From assembly GCA_013203785.1 (NCBI GenBank), contig JABMPJ010000110.1, forward strand, positions 3,344 through 67,343: a stretch of DNA of 64,000 nucleotides, written 5' to 3'. The notes beneath the pieces are model-generated. The model saw only the letters and a program-made list of their open reading frames with translations, did no database searches and had not been told where the DNA came from. The translations under genes were made by a program, and so were the position numbers. Origin of the DNA: Lentisphaerota bacterium (GTDB lineage Bacteria > Verrucomicrobiota > Kiritimatiellia > UBA8416 > JABMPJ01). Below are positions 37,421 to 47,935 of the stretch, in pieces (the first letter of the stretch is position 1; each line of letters begins with the position of its first letter).

Positions 37421-39193
37421 GTGCAAGACTACTCCTCCCAACCTACAAACAGGGAGCCACAGATGAAGATGTCCGTACTCAGTCGAATCAGCACAACCAT
37501 CGTCCTCACCGCGTTCGTGACTGCGGTCGCATCGGCGACCAGCGCCCCTACGATTGAGAAGCCCGCCGTGTTGGAGGATGCGATGATCTCCATCACCGTC
37601 TCCGATCTCCAAGGAGTAATGGACGGCATCGGCTCCGTCGCCGTCCAGGTATCTCCGATGATGAATAGCGTGATGCTGAAAAGCTTGCTGGGTATGCAGG
37701 TCGGTGATCCACAGCTTTTAGGTCTCCCCCCCGGTAAAGGCCTCGCCATCGTTGCAATGGACCCACAGCACGTTTTTGGCGTCATCGAGATCGCTGAGGC
37801 CCAACTCGCAGGCTATACGGCCAAGCTGGAAACCATGGGCATGCAGCACCGTTACCAGAAGGGTCTGCTGGTCGTGGCCAAGACCGCCGAGGCGCTGGCC
37901 ACAGGTATCGCTACGGCCCCAGACGTAAGCCGCACGCTCCTGGCCACGCGCAGCCCAACGCTCCGTATCGCCATGCAACCGGCCGCCTATATCGCCGCCA
38001 ACCGCGAGCAGATCCAGGCCATGCTGGCGATGCTGCCCGCGACCATGGCCACGAGCATGCAGGCCGCCCAGCAGGCCAACCCCTCGGTCAAGGCCCCTAA
38101 TATTTCCCGCATCCTCGAAGGCGAGCTTCTGGTCCTGCTCTCCATTATGGAGCAGGTAGCCGCAGTCGAGGTCATTCTGGCCCCGAAGGACGGCTCCCTT
38201 CGTATCAGCAAGGTCATCGATCCCATGGCGGGGAGCCGACTGGCCGCCCTCTGCAACGCCCCGACCCGCAACCACTGGAATAGCAGAGTCCAGGCCGCAG
38301 CCAGCCGGGATGGTGCCATTGTCGTCGACTTCTGCATTGAGAACACCGAAGCCCTGGCCGCATTTGTAGATGCCGAAACCGAAGCCCTGATCAAAGCCAT
38401 GAAGCTCGAAGGTGCCGTGAGCGCCAGCATCCGGACCTTCACGCAACAATACATGGCGCTCTGTGGGGGAACGATTTCGGAGAGCATCTTTGGCGGCAAA
38501 GAGCCCGGTCTCAACATCGATTATGTGATGGAGATCAACGATGAATCAGCCGCCTTGGACCTGCTCAGGAGCATGTCATCCGAGCTGGAGGCTAGTGGCT
38601 TCATGAAGCTGTATGCCGACATGGGCATGCCCATATCTTTCAGCTTTATGGAGAACGTGCGTGAGTACAAGGGGGTCAATATACACCGCTTCAGCACCGG
38701 CATCTCCATGGAGAACATACCCGCCATGCAGCAACAACAGATGGCCGCCATGAACCTGACCAATATGCAGTACGAAGTCGCCATACTTGATGGCGTCATG
38801 GCCTACACCATGGGCGAAACCATGATGGGCAGTGTGATCGACCGACTCCAGACACCGCCAGCGACGGCGCCGTCTCTGGCCGCGCGTGTGATATTCCCCG
38901 ATGGTGGCTTCTGCTATAGCGACATTGATATGGGTCGCTACATGGCCTTTATGACATCGTTCGTGCCCGCGATGCCCAATAACCCCTTAGAGCTGATGGC
39001 GCCGCTCCTTAAGGACGCCGCCCCGATCACTTCGGCGGGCTATCGCAACAATGGCCGCTTCGAATGGGGCCTACATATCCCGGGCAGCCTGCTGCAAAGC
39101 ATTGGAAAGGCGGCCATGGCCATGCAGATGCAACGCCTGCAGACCCGACCGGCCCGGCCACCGCAGCCCGCCCTCCCTGCCCACCAGCCATAA
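37421..39193 (+). CDS. Secreted hypothetical protein (DUF3352-like fold possible); likely start 37463
   Basis: Signal peptide ending VASA; repeated beta-alpha segments; no catalytic motif recognised. Confidence 0.6.
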   Translation: MQDYSSQPTNREPQMKMSVLSRISTTIVLTAFVTAVASATSAPTIEKPAVLEDAMISITVSDLQGVMDGIGSVAVQVSPMMNSVMLKSLLGMQVGDPQLLGLPPGKGLAIVAMDPQHVFGVIEIAEAQLAGYTAKLETMGMQHRYQKGLLVVAKTAEALATGIATAPDVSRTLLATRSPTLRIAMQPAAYIAANREQIQAMLAMLPATMATSMQAAQQANPSVKAPNISRILEGELLVLLSIMEQVAAVEVILAPKDGSLRISKVIDPMAGSRLAALCNAPTRNHWNSRVQAAASRDGAIVVDFCIENTEALAAFVDAETEALIKAMKLEGAVSASIRTFTQQYMALCGGTISESIFGGKEPGLNIDYVMEINDESAALDLLRSMSSELEASGFMKLYADMGMPISFSFMENVREYKGVNIHRFSTGISMENIPAMQQQQMAAMNLTNMQYEVAILDGVMAYTMGETMMGSVIDRLQTPPATAPSLAARVIFPDGGFCYSDIDMGRYMAFMTSFVPAMPNNPLELMAPLLKDAAPITSAGYRNNGRFEWGLHIPGSLLQSIGKAAMAMQMQRLQTRPARPPQPALPAHQP

Positions 39194-39245
39194 GGTTGAC
39201 CGAGGTGCTATATTTCTGAATGTTTAGCCTTAGAAGGGAGCGGAT

Positions 39246-40553
39246 ATGGGGACGAGGATGTTGGGGTGGATGGCGCTGTTCATGCTGGTACTAACGGGCA
39301 CCACGCTCGCGGCCGATGCCACTGTAGCAGCCGTCGAGGTTGACACGGGAACGACGGCCTGGATGTTGACCGCAACGGGACTCGTACTCCTCATGGTTCC
39401 TGGCTTGGCCATGTTCTATGGAGGACTGGTCCGGACCAAAAACGTGCTGGGCACGATGATGCACAGTTTCGCGGCGATGGCTATCGTCGGCACCCTCTGG
39501 ATGGTGTGCGGCTACTCAATGGCCTTCGGTCCCAGTGTTCTGGGTGGATGGTTCGGATGGAACTGGGACTTTTTCTTTTTGAAAGGCATTGACGAGTCGA
39601 TCCTGCCGGATTCGCGTATCCCGGAGTACGTCTACGCCATGTTTCAGGGCAAGTTCGCCATCATCACCCCAGCCCTGATCGCGGGTGCCTTCGCAGAACG
39701 TGTCAAGTTTCGCGGCTACTGTATCTTCATTGCCCTCTGGAGCCTCCTCGTCTACAACCCGCTCTGCCACTGGGTGTGGGCATCGGACGGATTCCTCTTT
39801 AAGAAGGGTGCTATCGACTTCGCGGGCGGCACCGTCATCCATATCTCGGCCGGTGCGGCCGCCTTGGTCGCAGCGCTCTACCTGGGTGCACGGCGCGGCT
39901 ACCCACGGATCGGACAGACACCCAATAATCTAGTCATGACCCTGATGGGTGCAGGCATCCTCTGGGTCGGCTGGTTCGGCTTCAACGCCGGATCGAGCGT
40001 CGCGAGTGGACTCAAGACCGCCCAAGCCCTCACCGTGACACAGGTCTCGGCTGCTGCCGGGGCCCTCTCCTGGATGGTGATAGAGGGGTTGCTGCACAAG
40101 AAGGCCACCACCTTGGGCTTCGTCTCCGGCGTCCTTGCAGGCCTCGTGGCAATTACCCCGGCGGCTGGCGATGTACAGCCCTGGGGCGCGCTTATTCTGG
40201 GTGCCGTCGCATCGGTACTCTGCTATTTCGCAATCGAAATGAAGAGCAAGCTGGGCTACGACGATACCCTTGATGTCTTTGGTATCCACGGTGTTGCCGC
40301 ACTGTGGGGTGGGATTGGCCTGGCCCTGGTGCTACGCCCGGGGGCCGGGTGCGGGGACTTCTTTCACCAGCTCTGGGTGCAGACCGAGGGCTGCCTGGTC
40401 AGTCTGCTCTACTCGGCAGGCATGACACTCGTGCTATTGGTGTTGGTTCAGAAGACCGTCGGCTTCCGTCTGACCCCGTCCGAAGAGATGGCCGGCATGG
40501 ATCACAGCCTTCACAGCGAGCACGGATACGGCATGGTCAATCTCAACTCCTAA
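39246..40553 (+). CDS. amtB: Ammonium transporter
   Basis: FQGKFAIITPAL, CHWVW, DFAGGTVIH, GWFGFNAGS and DDTLDVFGIHG. Confidence 0.97.
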   Translation: MGTRMLGWMALFMLVLTGTTLAADATVAAVEVDTGTTAWMLTATGLVLLMVPGLAMFYGGLVRTKNVLGTMMHSFAAMAIVGTLWMVCGYSMAFGPSVLGGWFGWNWDFFFLKGIDESILPDSRIPEYVYAMFQGKFAIITPALIAGAFAERVKFRGYCIFIALWSLLVYNPLCHWVWASDGFLFKKGAIDFAGGTVIHISAGAAALVAALYLGARRGYPRIGQTPNNLVMTLMGAGILWVGWFGFNAGSSVASGLKTAQALTVTQVSAAAGALSWMVIEGLLHKKATTLGFVSGVLAGLVAITPAAGDVQPWGALILGAVASVLCYFAIEMKSKLGYDDTLDVFGIHGVAALWGGIGLALVLRPGAGCGDFFHQLWVQTEGCLVSLLYSAGMTLVLLVLVQKTVGFRLTPSEEMAGMDHSLHSEHGYGMVNLNS

Positions 40554-40579
40554 CCCCTCGGACTGAACGGAGAATCACT

Positions 40580-40915
40580 ATGAAACTGGTCACGGCCATC
40601 ATTCAGGAAGCCAAGCTGGACGAGGTCCGCGAGGCTCTCATTGCCGCTGAGATTACTCGCATTACTGTAAGCCGGGTTGACGGCCACGGCCGACAGGAAG
40701 AAGTGGAGGTCTATCGCGGCCAAGTGGTCGTACCCAACCTCATCCCAAAGGTGGAGCTCAAAATCGCCTGCAACGATGACTTTGTGGAAACCACGGTTGA
40801 GGCCATTCTCGGCTCCGCGGGTACCGGGAGCGTGGGCGACGGCAAGATCTTCATCACACCGCTCGAAGCGTGTATCCGCATCCGCACCGGGGAACGCGGC
40901 ACCCAGGCGATCTGA
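40580..40915 (+). CDS. glnK: PII nitrogen regulator (start ATG 40580)
   Basis: MKLVTAII, GHGRQ, YRG, PKV and TGSVGDGKIF...IRIRTGERG; follows amtB. Confidence 0.95.
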   Translation: MKLVTAIIQEAKLDEVREALIAAEITRITVSRVDGHGRQEEVEVYRGQVVVPNLIPKVELKIACNDDFVETTVEAILGSAGTGSVGDGKIFITPLEACIRIRTGERGTQAI

Positions 40916-40932
40916 GCGCCGGCAGACGGGCG

Positions 40933-42036
40933 TCAGACCTTGCAGAGCATGTCGCGGCGGTAGAGCTCGCGCATCATGTCACAATCCAGGGCGTGACCCG
41001 CTTTGTAGGAGACGATACGGCCCACGAAGCGGCCACGATCGATCAGGGCAATCGCCGCCAAGAGGTCAAGCGTGGCGCGATGCCAAACCGCCTCGAGCGA
41101 CTTGCCCTCATGCATGAGCCGGGGCGAGTTGAAGTAGCGTCTTGGTCCTGCCACGAGTACATTGTTTCCCGTATAGCCCGTGTTGCGCGTATCGGCAAAC
41201 AACTTCCCGATGGTCTTGCAGTAGAACATCATTAGAAAGGTCGTATTCGTACGCGCAATAGAGCCGTGGCGAAAGGTTCCGGACGTGACCGTAAAACGGA
41301 TACGCTGTTTACGTATGGCTGAATTAAAATCGATGGCGCAGTCCACATCCATCTCAAGCCGCCCATTCTCAGGAGGAAGCAGGGTCAGGAATCGGCCACT
41401 CTTGCTGACGATGGTGACGGGCTCCTTTACCGTGACCCGGTTTGCCGGGCGATCAATCGTCGTCATGCCTACGCGTTCCACGGCCTCAACCAGTCCGAGG
41501 CTGGCGTCATCGAACAAAGGGGGATCGCCAGAATCCATCCTGATCATCACGTTGTCCAGGCCGAGTCCGGCACGCACGGCGATGATGTGCTCCACGAGAC
41601 GCATATAGTTATGCGGCGAGCCGCTGCGTAGTACTATGTTGCGCACCGTGTTCCATACATTCTCGATAGAGACATGAATCGGCAGTTCATGGCGCCGGTC
41701 GACACGGTCGAACCACCAGCCCTCCCGGTCGGTAGGCTCGAACGTGAGCGTGCGATGAGCCTTTCCGAAGAAAGTTCCGGGACCGGTCACGGAAAAGGAA
41801 CCCGCAAGCGTGGTCTGATTCGAGGCAAATCCGGAGGCCTCACCCCACTGCAGTTCTTGGTCTACCGGGAGGGTCTCAAGCTCGGCCACGGATCGGCGCA
41901 ACACCTCCGCATCTCCGCCTAACAATCGTCCAGTCTGCAAGCCACTCATAGGCGCCCCATCACAGTTCACTCCAAAAAAGTCAGGGCACTGTACCCCATG
42001 CACACATGGAGCGGAAGCCAGAAGTCGGACGTCCAT
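40933..42036 (-). CDS. lpxC: Divergent UDP-3-O-acyl-GlcNAc deacetylase (LpxC-like); true start may be 41949
   Basis: G.G.F.G, VEHI, LDNVMI, PLFDDAS, ART, H..LD and KAGH motifs in LpxC order. Confidence 0.75.
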   Translation of the reverse strand: MDVRLLASAPCVHGVQCPDFFGVNCDGAPMSGLQTGRLLGGDAEVLRRSVAELETLPVDQELQWGEASGFASNQTTLAGSFSVTGPGTFFGKAHRTLTFEPTDREGWWFDRVDRRHELPIHVSIENVWNTVRNIVLRSGSPHNYMRLVEHIIAVRAGLGLDNVMIRMDSGDPPLFDDASLGLVEAVERVGMTTIDRPANRVTVKEPVTIVSKSGRFLTLLPPENGRLEMDVDCAIDFNSAIRKQRIRFTVTSGTFRHGSIARTNTTFLMMFYCKTIGKLFADTRNTGYTGNNVLVAGPRRYFNSPRLMHEGKSLEAVWHRATLDLLAAIALIDRGRFVGRIVSYKAGHALDCDMMRELYRRDMLCKV

Positions 42037-42099
42037 GCGGCCTGCTCGGAGATCGGAAGCGCTGGCCTCGGGCGCAGAACTGTGGTTTACTCTTGCGCC

Positions 42100-42531
42100 A
42101 TGAAATTGACAGTCAAGAAACTCACGCCGGATGCCCTACTCCCCGTCTATGCTCACCCCGGGGATGCAGGCATGGATCTACATGCGAATGAGGCGCTGAC
42201 GCTGCAACCAGGCGAATCCGGATTGGTGCGGACCGGCATTGCGATTGCGCTGCCGCCCGGCACGGAGGCGCAGGTACGCCCGCGCAGTGGCCTGGCGCTC
42301 AAGCATGGTATCAGCATTCTGAACGCACCAGGCACGATTGATGAAGGGTACCGCGGTGAAGTGGGCGTGATCCTGATCAACCACGGCTCATCGCTCTACG
42401 CGGTCGAAAAAGGCATGCGCATCGCCCAGATGGTCATTCAGCCCGTCCTCCGCGTGGATATCGTCGCAGCTGATGAACTCTCCGACACCCAACGCGGGCG
42501 AGGCGGGTTTGGTTCAACCGGCAGCCGCTGA
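42100..42531 (+). CDS. dut: dUTP diphosphatase (start ATG 42100)
   Basis: [26 protein letters not shown] and [10 protein letters not shown]. Confidence 0.97.
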   Translation: MKLTVKKLTPDALLPVYAHPGDAGMDLHANEALTLQPGESGLVRTGIAIALPPGTEAQVRPRSGLALKHGISILNAPGTIDEGYRGEVGVILINHGSSLYAVEKGMRIAQMVIQPVLRVDIVAADELSDTQRGRGGFGSTGSR

Positions 42532-43920
42532 GTGGGCGGCCTGCAGAGGCAGGGTGGACTGCTCACACGGCAGAACCATCGTGAACGTGGTGCCCCGTCC
42601 CGGAGTCGTATCGACGCTCAACGTGCCCTTGTGGGCTCGAACGATACCGATCACTGAGGCGAGACCTAATCCCCGCCCATCGGTCTTGGTCGAAAAGAAC
42701 GGATCAAACATACGGCTCAGGGTCTGCTCATCGATACCCGTGCCAGTATCCTTTACATCCAGGCAGACATAGGGCCCAGCCGGCAGGTGATCGTCGACAC
42801 AGCTCGACTGTAGGAACTCGCAGCCTAGATCACGTACCACCGTGCTGACCGTCACGTGTCCAGTCTCCTCCCCAATCGACTGTGAGGCATTGAGTAACAG
42901 GTTCATCACGACCTGCTGAATCTGCACCATGTCCCCTCGCACGACCGGTAGCTTCTCGTCCAAATGACAGTGCAACGAGACCTTGCTGCCCAGGGAGACG
43001 CCGATCAAGCGGGCCGTCTTGCTGACTATCTCTGACACATTGAGCGATTCGATCGTGAATTCAGCATCCCCGGCATAAGCCAGCATTTGGCGGCAGAGCG
43101 CCGCGGCCCGGTCCGAGGCCGCCAGCATGCTCTCCAAATTGGTAGCGGCCCTGGAGCCTGCTTCGATGCCAGATTTCAGCAACTCGCCGTTGCCCTGAAT
43201 CACCGTCAGCAGATTGTTAAAATCATGCGCCACGCCACCAGCCAGGAGCCCCAGGCTCTCCATCTTCTGCTGTAGTTCAATCCGTTTTCGGAGCTGTTCA
43301 CGCCGCTCCACCGACTCCTTACGCTCGCTAATATCGCGCAGGAGCAATACCGCACCAGTACGCCCTCCAATCTCCGCGGCAATGATCTCGAGAGGAAATG
43401 TTTCACCGGTACGGCGCTTGCCCCGCGCCTCACCGATATGGAACCCTTCGTTCTCAAGGGCCTCGTAAATTTCACGCGGACGATCGCGGCTGACCCGCCG
43501 GTCGAAATAGAGCAACTCGCTTTTGCTACCCACGACCTCTTCAGGGCGGTAGCCGAACATACGCTCAACCGAGGAATTGCACATTTGGATATCCCGGTTG
43601 GGAAGCACCACCAATAGCACGTCGGGACTAATAGCGGAGATGATAGACTCCAGCTCACCCCGTGAGACGGAGGCGGTACGCCAGCGAAGAAACGCGAGAA
43701 CGAGCAGGAAGAGCAGCCAGAAGAAAAGGCCATTAATTAGGATGTCCATCACGTGTATGCGGGCGTAGACATTGAAAAAATTGTACAATCCGCGCGAGAA
43801 ATTGATCGCAATGTTGAGGACGCCCAGTATCGCCGCGACACCCAGCGCCAAACAGAGGTCGATCAGCGGCCGCCGACCCTTGGGCTTGACGAACATGCCT
43901 CGTTCCATGGTCCCCCCCAA
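42514..43920 (-). CDS. Membrane-anchored PAS sensor histidine kinase without a receiver domain
   Basis: Two N-terminal TMs, PAS/PAC, HDFNNLL H-box, [22 protein letters not shown] and GRGLGL. Confidence 0.92.
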   Translation of the reverse strand: MGGTMERGMFVKPKGRRPLIDLCLALGVAAILGVLNIAINFSRGLYNFFNVYARIHVMDILINGLFFWLLFLLVLAFLRWRTASVSRGELESIISAISPDVLLVVLPNRDIQMCNSSVERMFGYRPEEVVGSKSELLYFDRRVSRDRPREIYEALENEGFHIGEARGKRRTGETFPLEIIAAEIGGRTGAVLLLRDISERKESVERREQLRKRIELQQKMESLGLLAGGVAHDFNNLLTVIQGNGELLKSGIEAGSRAATNLESMLAASDRAAALCRQMLAYAGDAEFTIESLNVSEIVSKTARLIGVSLGSKVSLHCHLDEKLPVVRGDMVQIQQVVMNLLLNASQSIGEETGHVTVSTVVRDLGCEFLQSSCVDDHLPAGPYVCLDVKDTGTGIDEQTLSRMFDPFFSTKTDGRGLGLASVIGIVRAHKGTLSVDTTPGRGTTFTMVLPCEQSTLPLQAAHSAAAG

Positions 43921-44267
43921 TCTGCAGGCTTAAAATACGTAGGGAGGTTACGTCCTCAGACATTGAAAAGCAATGAGAAATCGGAGGTCGCGGAGGCGCG
44001 GTGAAGAAGGTGCTCTCCTCCAGAATGGCACCAGTCGGAAAGGACCGGACTGTCCCACTATACTCCAGGTGTGAGGGGCCTCTCGCCCTCCCCACCAAAA
44101 AGGCACACAGGATTTTTTGGGAGACACGCCTGCCTCAGCCGCCGCGGTGGCTGAGGGGCGCCACAAATGCGAGTGACCGACAGAAAAAGGGTCTTGCAGA
44201 GCGCGTGTACGCGCAGTAGAAACATCGGTGACGAGGTCGATTGTAGGAAAGCAATGGGGAAAACGCT

Positions 44268-44678
44268 ATGATGACACAGCATGCGAATAAGATAGGAATC
44301 GGCGTGTTAGTGCTCGCCGCCATGGTGGCAGGATGTCACACCACGCCGCCCACGGCGCGCGGTAAGCTCTGCATTGATGTCGTCGGCCAAGACAGCGGCG
44401 ATGGTGTGGCCACGGTCCATCTTGACGGCGAACAGGAATGTGAGGTCTCCATGCTGGCGGGAAAAGACTTCTTCCTTTTCTGCCCGGCCGGAAAACACCG
44501 GTTCAAGATCGAGGCGGAGGGGCATGCAGCCTACGAAGGCGATGTCAATATAAGACCTGGCAAGACTTCATGGATCAGCGTCGAGCTCAAGCGCCCCGCC
44601 CCAGAACCCGCGGCAAACACTGCAGCCGATGCTCAGCCTAAAGCAGAGGTAAGCCCACGGGAATTGAATCCATTTTAA
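44268..44678 (+). CDS. Small lipoprotein with a PEGA-like beta-sandwich
   Basis: Lipobox VAG-C; pattern VHLDGE...AGKHRFKIEAEGHAAYEGDVNIRPGKT. Confidence 0.65.
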   Translation: MMTQHANKIGIGVLVLAAMVAGCHTTPPTARGKLCIDVVGQDSGDGVATVHLDGEQECEVSMLAGKDFFLFCPAGKHRFKIEAEGHAAYEGDVNIRPGKTSWISVELKRPAPEPAANTAADAQPKAEVSPRELNPF

Positions 44679-44801
44679 AGTTGCAGAAATCAGTGCGTCG
44701 GCTATCGTGCCGGACGAGTGGGATCTTGCGTCTTCCCGTGGAGGGACCGAGACGCAGCCATCCTGTGACAACAGTTGACAACATAATAACAGAAAGAGGA
44801 C

Positions 44802-45407
44802 ATGATTATGTGTGATAGCGTAGCATCACTGGTTACCAAAGAGGCACCGGATTTCACAGCGACGGCGGTCATGGCAGACGATTCGTTTGCAGACGTTACG
44901 TTGTCGAGTTTCAAGGGCAAGTTTGTGCTCCTTTTCTTCTACCCCCTCGATTTCACCTTCGTATGCCCCTCCGAAATCATTGCGTTTGACAAGGCCGCCA
45001 AGCAGTTTGAGGAACGCAACACGGTCGTGCTGGGCTGCTCGGTCGATTCCCATTTCAGCCACTGGGCCTGGCGGCAGACACCCCTCAACAAGGGCGGCAT
45101 CGGCAAGATCAGTTTTCCGCTCGTGGCGGACATCAAGAAAGATATCGCTCGCTCCTATGGCGTATTGCTCAATGACTCCGTGGCACTGCGCGGGCTCTTT
45201 CTGATCGATACGCACGGCGTGGTGCGGCATGCCCTTGTGAACGATCTACCGCTTGGACGCAGCGTGGCTGAGGCGCTGCGAACGCTCGATGCCCTCCAGT
45301 TTGTGGAAGAGCATGGTGACGTCTGCCCCGCAAATTGGCAGAAGGGCGACAAGACCATGACACCGACCGCAGAGGGTGTGGCCACCTACCTCGCCAACGA
45401 GGCCTAA
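44802..45407 (+). CDS. ahpC: Typical 2-Cys peroxiredoxin
   Basis: FYPLDFTFVCPSE (peroxidatic Cys) and VCPANW (resolving Cys). Confidence 0.95.
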   Translation: MIMCDSVASLVTKEAPDFTATAVMADDSFADVTLSSFKGKFVLLFFYPLDFTFVCPSEIIAFDKAAKQFEERNTVVLGCSVDSHFSHWAWRQTPLNKGGIGKISFPLVADIKKDIARSYGVLLNDSVALRGLFLIDTHGVVRHALVNDLPLGRSVAEALRTLDALQFVEEHGDVCPANWQKGDKTMTPTAEGVATYLANEA

Positions 45408-45461
45408 GGGGTCCCGCTAAAAACGCGGCGCAGATGGCGTGGCGTTAGCGATTCTATTGGT

Positions 45462-46202
45462 ATGGATAGAGCCATCGACATGCGAGGGGTCACGGTTTCA
45501 TTCCCCTCTCCGGGGGGTGCCGTCATGGCTCTGTCCGGGCTCGATCTCACGGTCGAGCCTGGACAGGTCTTCGGCTTCCTTGGTCCCAACGGAGCAGGCA
45601 AGACCACAGCCATGCATGTGCTGCTGGGCTTTATCGACGCCACCGCCGGTGAGGCCCGTCTGTTCGGGCATGATGTGCGTGAATCCATTGCCCGCCAACG
45701 TATTGGCTACCTGCCTGAGCACCCCGACACGTACCGGTTCTTGACCGGTCGAGAGCTACTGGACCTCACGGCACGACTCTTTAAACTGCGTGGCGCAGCC
45801 CGTCGTCGGCGTGTCGAGGAGTCGCTGGCCACAGTGGGACTGTACGAAGCCGCAAGCCGCCGCATCGCAACCTACTCACGGGGAATGATGCAGCGCATCT
45901 GCCTGGCCCAGGCCCTCATTAACGATCCCGATCTCGTCATACTGGATGAGCCCACCGGCGGGCTCGATCCAATGGGCCGCATGGATATTCGCCGCATCAT
46001 TGGTGAGCTGCGTGATCGGGGCAAGACCGTCTTCTTCTCCTCGCACGAATTGTCTGAGGTGGAACTGGTCTGCGACACCATTGCGATTCTCTGCCACGGG
46101 CGTATTGTCGCCCAGGGACCGGCGGCCAGTCTGGTCGCCCCCGGCGAGCATCTTGAGCAGGTATTCATGAAGGTCATCGCCGAGGCGGAGGTCGCCACAT
46201 GA
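45462..46202 (+). CDS. ABC transporter ATP-binding protein (PilH/XapD-like)
   Basis: GPNGAGKT, YSRGM, ILDEP and SSH. Confidence 0.93.
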   Translation: MDRAIDMRGVTVSFPSPGGAVMALSGLDLTVEPGQVFGFLGPNGAGKTTAMHVLLGFIDATAGEARLFGHDVRESIARQRIGYLPEHPDTYRFLTGRELLDLTARLFKLRGAARRRRVEESLATVGLYEAASRRIATYSRGMMQRICLAQALINDPDLVILDEPTGGLDPMGRMDIRRIIGELRDRGKTVFFSSHELSEVELVCDTIAILCHGRIVAQGPAASLVAPGEHLEQVFMKVIAEAEVAT

Positions 46203-46993
46203 TCCGCATCCTGACCGTTGCACGCGTGGTCTGGCTCGACGTCATCCGTCGCAAGGACGTCTACGTACTTTTGATTCTGCTGGCCATCTTGTTGTTGGCT
46301 CTGGTCAGCATGAATTTGTTCGGCTTCGGCGGGGCCACGGCCTACGTGGCCGATATCGGTTTGCTCATGAGCTGGCTCTTTGCCTGGGTGCTCAGCTTGT
46401 CGATCGGCTGTCGTCTGCTGCCTCAGGAAGAGAGCCGCGGAACCATCTTCGCCCTCTTGGCCAAACCCGTTACCCGTCTTGAGCTCATTGTGGGCAAATG
46501 GCTCGGAGCCTGTAGCGTGGTAGGACTCGCCACGGTCTGCTTTTATGCCCTTGTCTTCGGGGTCAGCATGCTCCGCGGCTGGTCGTTACCCATTGTTGTA
46601 GCCCTACAGGCCGTCGCGCTGCACGCCGGGGTCATTGGGATGATCGTGGCGATCGCCATCATGTTCTCAACACGACTCAACAGTGATGCCTCCGCGACGC
46701 TGGCCGGAGCCTTGACGGCCACCTCCTTCCTGGTCGTCCCCCGCATCCCCGAGTTTGTCGCCCAGGCCGGCCAGCTACGCGGCGGCATACTCCTCTTCCT
46801 GTACAACCTGCTGCCCCATTTTGAGATCTTTGATCTACGTATGCGAGTCCTACACGGCTATGCGGCCGTACCGGCAGGAACCTTTGCGCTGGTCCTGGGC
46901 TACGGCGTGCTCGTCACGACCATCTGCCTTGCCATCGGCTGGGCCGCATACCGCCACAAGCGTTTTACGCGTGGAAGCCTAAGCGGTTACTGA
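46199..46993 (+). CDS. ABC-2 type permease (PilI/NosY-like)
   Basis: EESRGTIFALLAKPVTRLELIVGKWLG motif, about 6 TMs, ATGA overlap with the ATPase gene. Confidence 0.88.
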   Translation: MIRILTVARVVWLDVIRRKDVYVLLILLAILLLALVSMNLFGFGGATAYVADIGLLMSWLFAWVLSLSIGCRLLPQEESRGTIFALLAKPVTRLELIVGKWLGACSVVGLATVCFYALVFGVSMLRGWSLPIVVALQAVALHAGVIGMIVAIAIMFSTRLNSDASATLAGALTATSFLVVPRIPEFVAQAGQLRGGILLFLYNLLPHFEIFDLRMRVLHGYAAVPAGTFALVLGYGVLVTTICLAIGWAAYRHKRFTRGSLSGY

Positions 46994-47030
46994 GCACACG
47001 CCTCGGTTTTGCGAGGTTATCGGTTCGATA

Positions 47031-47894
47031 TTGATGAGTAAACGACAACTAGGTTACGTCATGACCCTGCTGATCGGAGGGGCATTTGCGCTCTCATGCC
47101 ACATCATGGCTCGCACCCCCCCGCTTCGCTCCAATGAGGAGCACTCCGCCGGGGCAGCGCTCCTGGGTGAGAGCCGACTGGGAGTAGGCCTCTATTTCTA
47201 CGAGATGGCCGACCTCTATTTTCATTGTGGAGTCGGTCACGCCACGCATGAGGGTATCGAGGATACCTGGTTCCAGGAGCGCCTGCATGTGCTGCGCCCC
47301 AGCCTGCACCAACACGCCGAAGGGCAGTCTTCGCGTGAGATCGTTCCATGGTTGCTTATGGCGGCTAAAATGAATCCGCATGCGCTCGACTTGATCCTTG
47401 TGGGTGCGTTCTGGCTCCACCACGAAGCCGGTGAGCTTGCCATGGCACAGCAGCTACTGATCGAGGCACAGATCGCCAATCCGTACCAATACGAGATCCA
47501 ACTTGAGCGGGGCAGACTCTACCTCCACATGGGCAACGTCGCGGCAGCACGCGATCGCTTCAATGCCGCCCTCGCCTTCTGGCCGAGCGACCGACCTCCT
47601 GATGATCCCGCTGCGCGCAACGACAAGGCGCGCCTCTTGCTCTACCGCAGCTTGGTCCACGAGGTCGAGGGCGAGAAAGACCAGGCCATCGCAGCACTGC
47701 GCGAAAGCCTGCGACTCTACCCCGAGCGCGTTCATCTAGAGGAGCGTATCGCCACACTGGAGGCTGGCGACGAACCCGCCCTGCTTGGCCCCCACATATG
47801 GAATAATCTATTGCAAAGTGAGGGAAAACGCAGCATCCTCTGTGGAGCTGTCGAGAGCGAGGCACATGTGCACAGTGAGGATTGTCATCACTGA
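47031..47894 (+). CDS. Membrane-anchored TPR protein
   Basis: N-terminal TM followed by TPR-like repeats (LERGRLYLHMGNVAAARDRFNAAL; AIAALRESLRLYP). Confidence 0.75.
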   Translation: MMSKRQLGYVMTLLIGGAFALSCHIMARTPPLRSNEEHSAGAALLGESRLGVGLYFYEMADLYFHCGVGHATHEGIEDTWFQERLHVLRPSLHQHAEGQSSREIVPWLLMAAKMNPHALDLILVGAFWLHHEAGELAMAQQLLIEAQIANPYQYEIQLERGRLYLHMGNVAAARDRFNAALAFWPSDRPPDDPAARNDKARLLLYRSLVHEVEGEKDQAIAALRESLRLYPERVHLEERIATLEAGDEPALLGPHIWNNLLQSEGKRSILCGAVESEAHVHSEDCHH

Positions 47895-47935
47895 TCGGCC
47901 CGAGCACGAACGAGACAGCGGCCGGAAGATCAATT

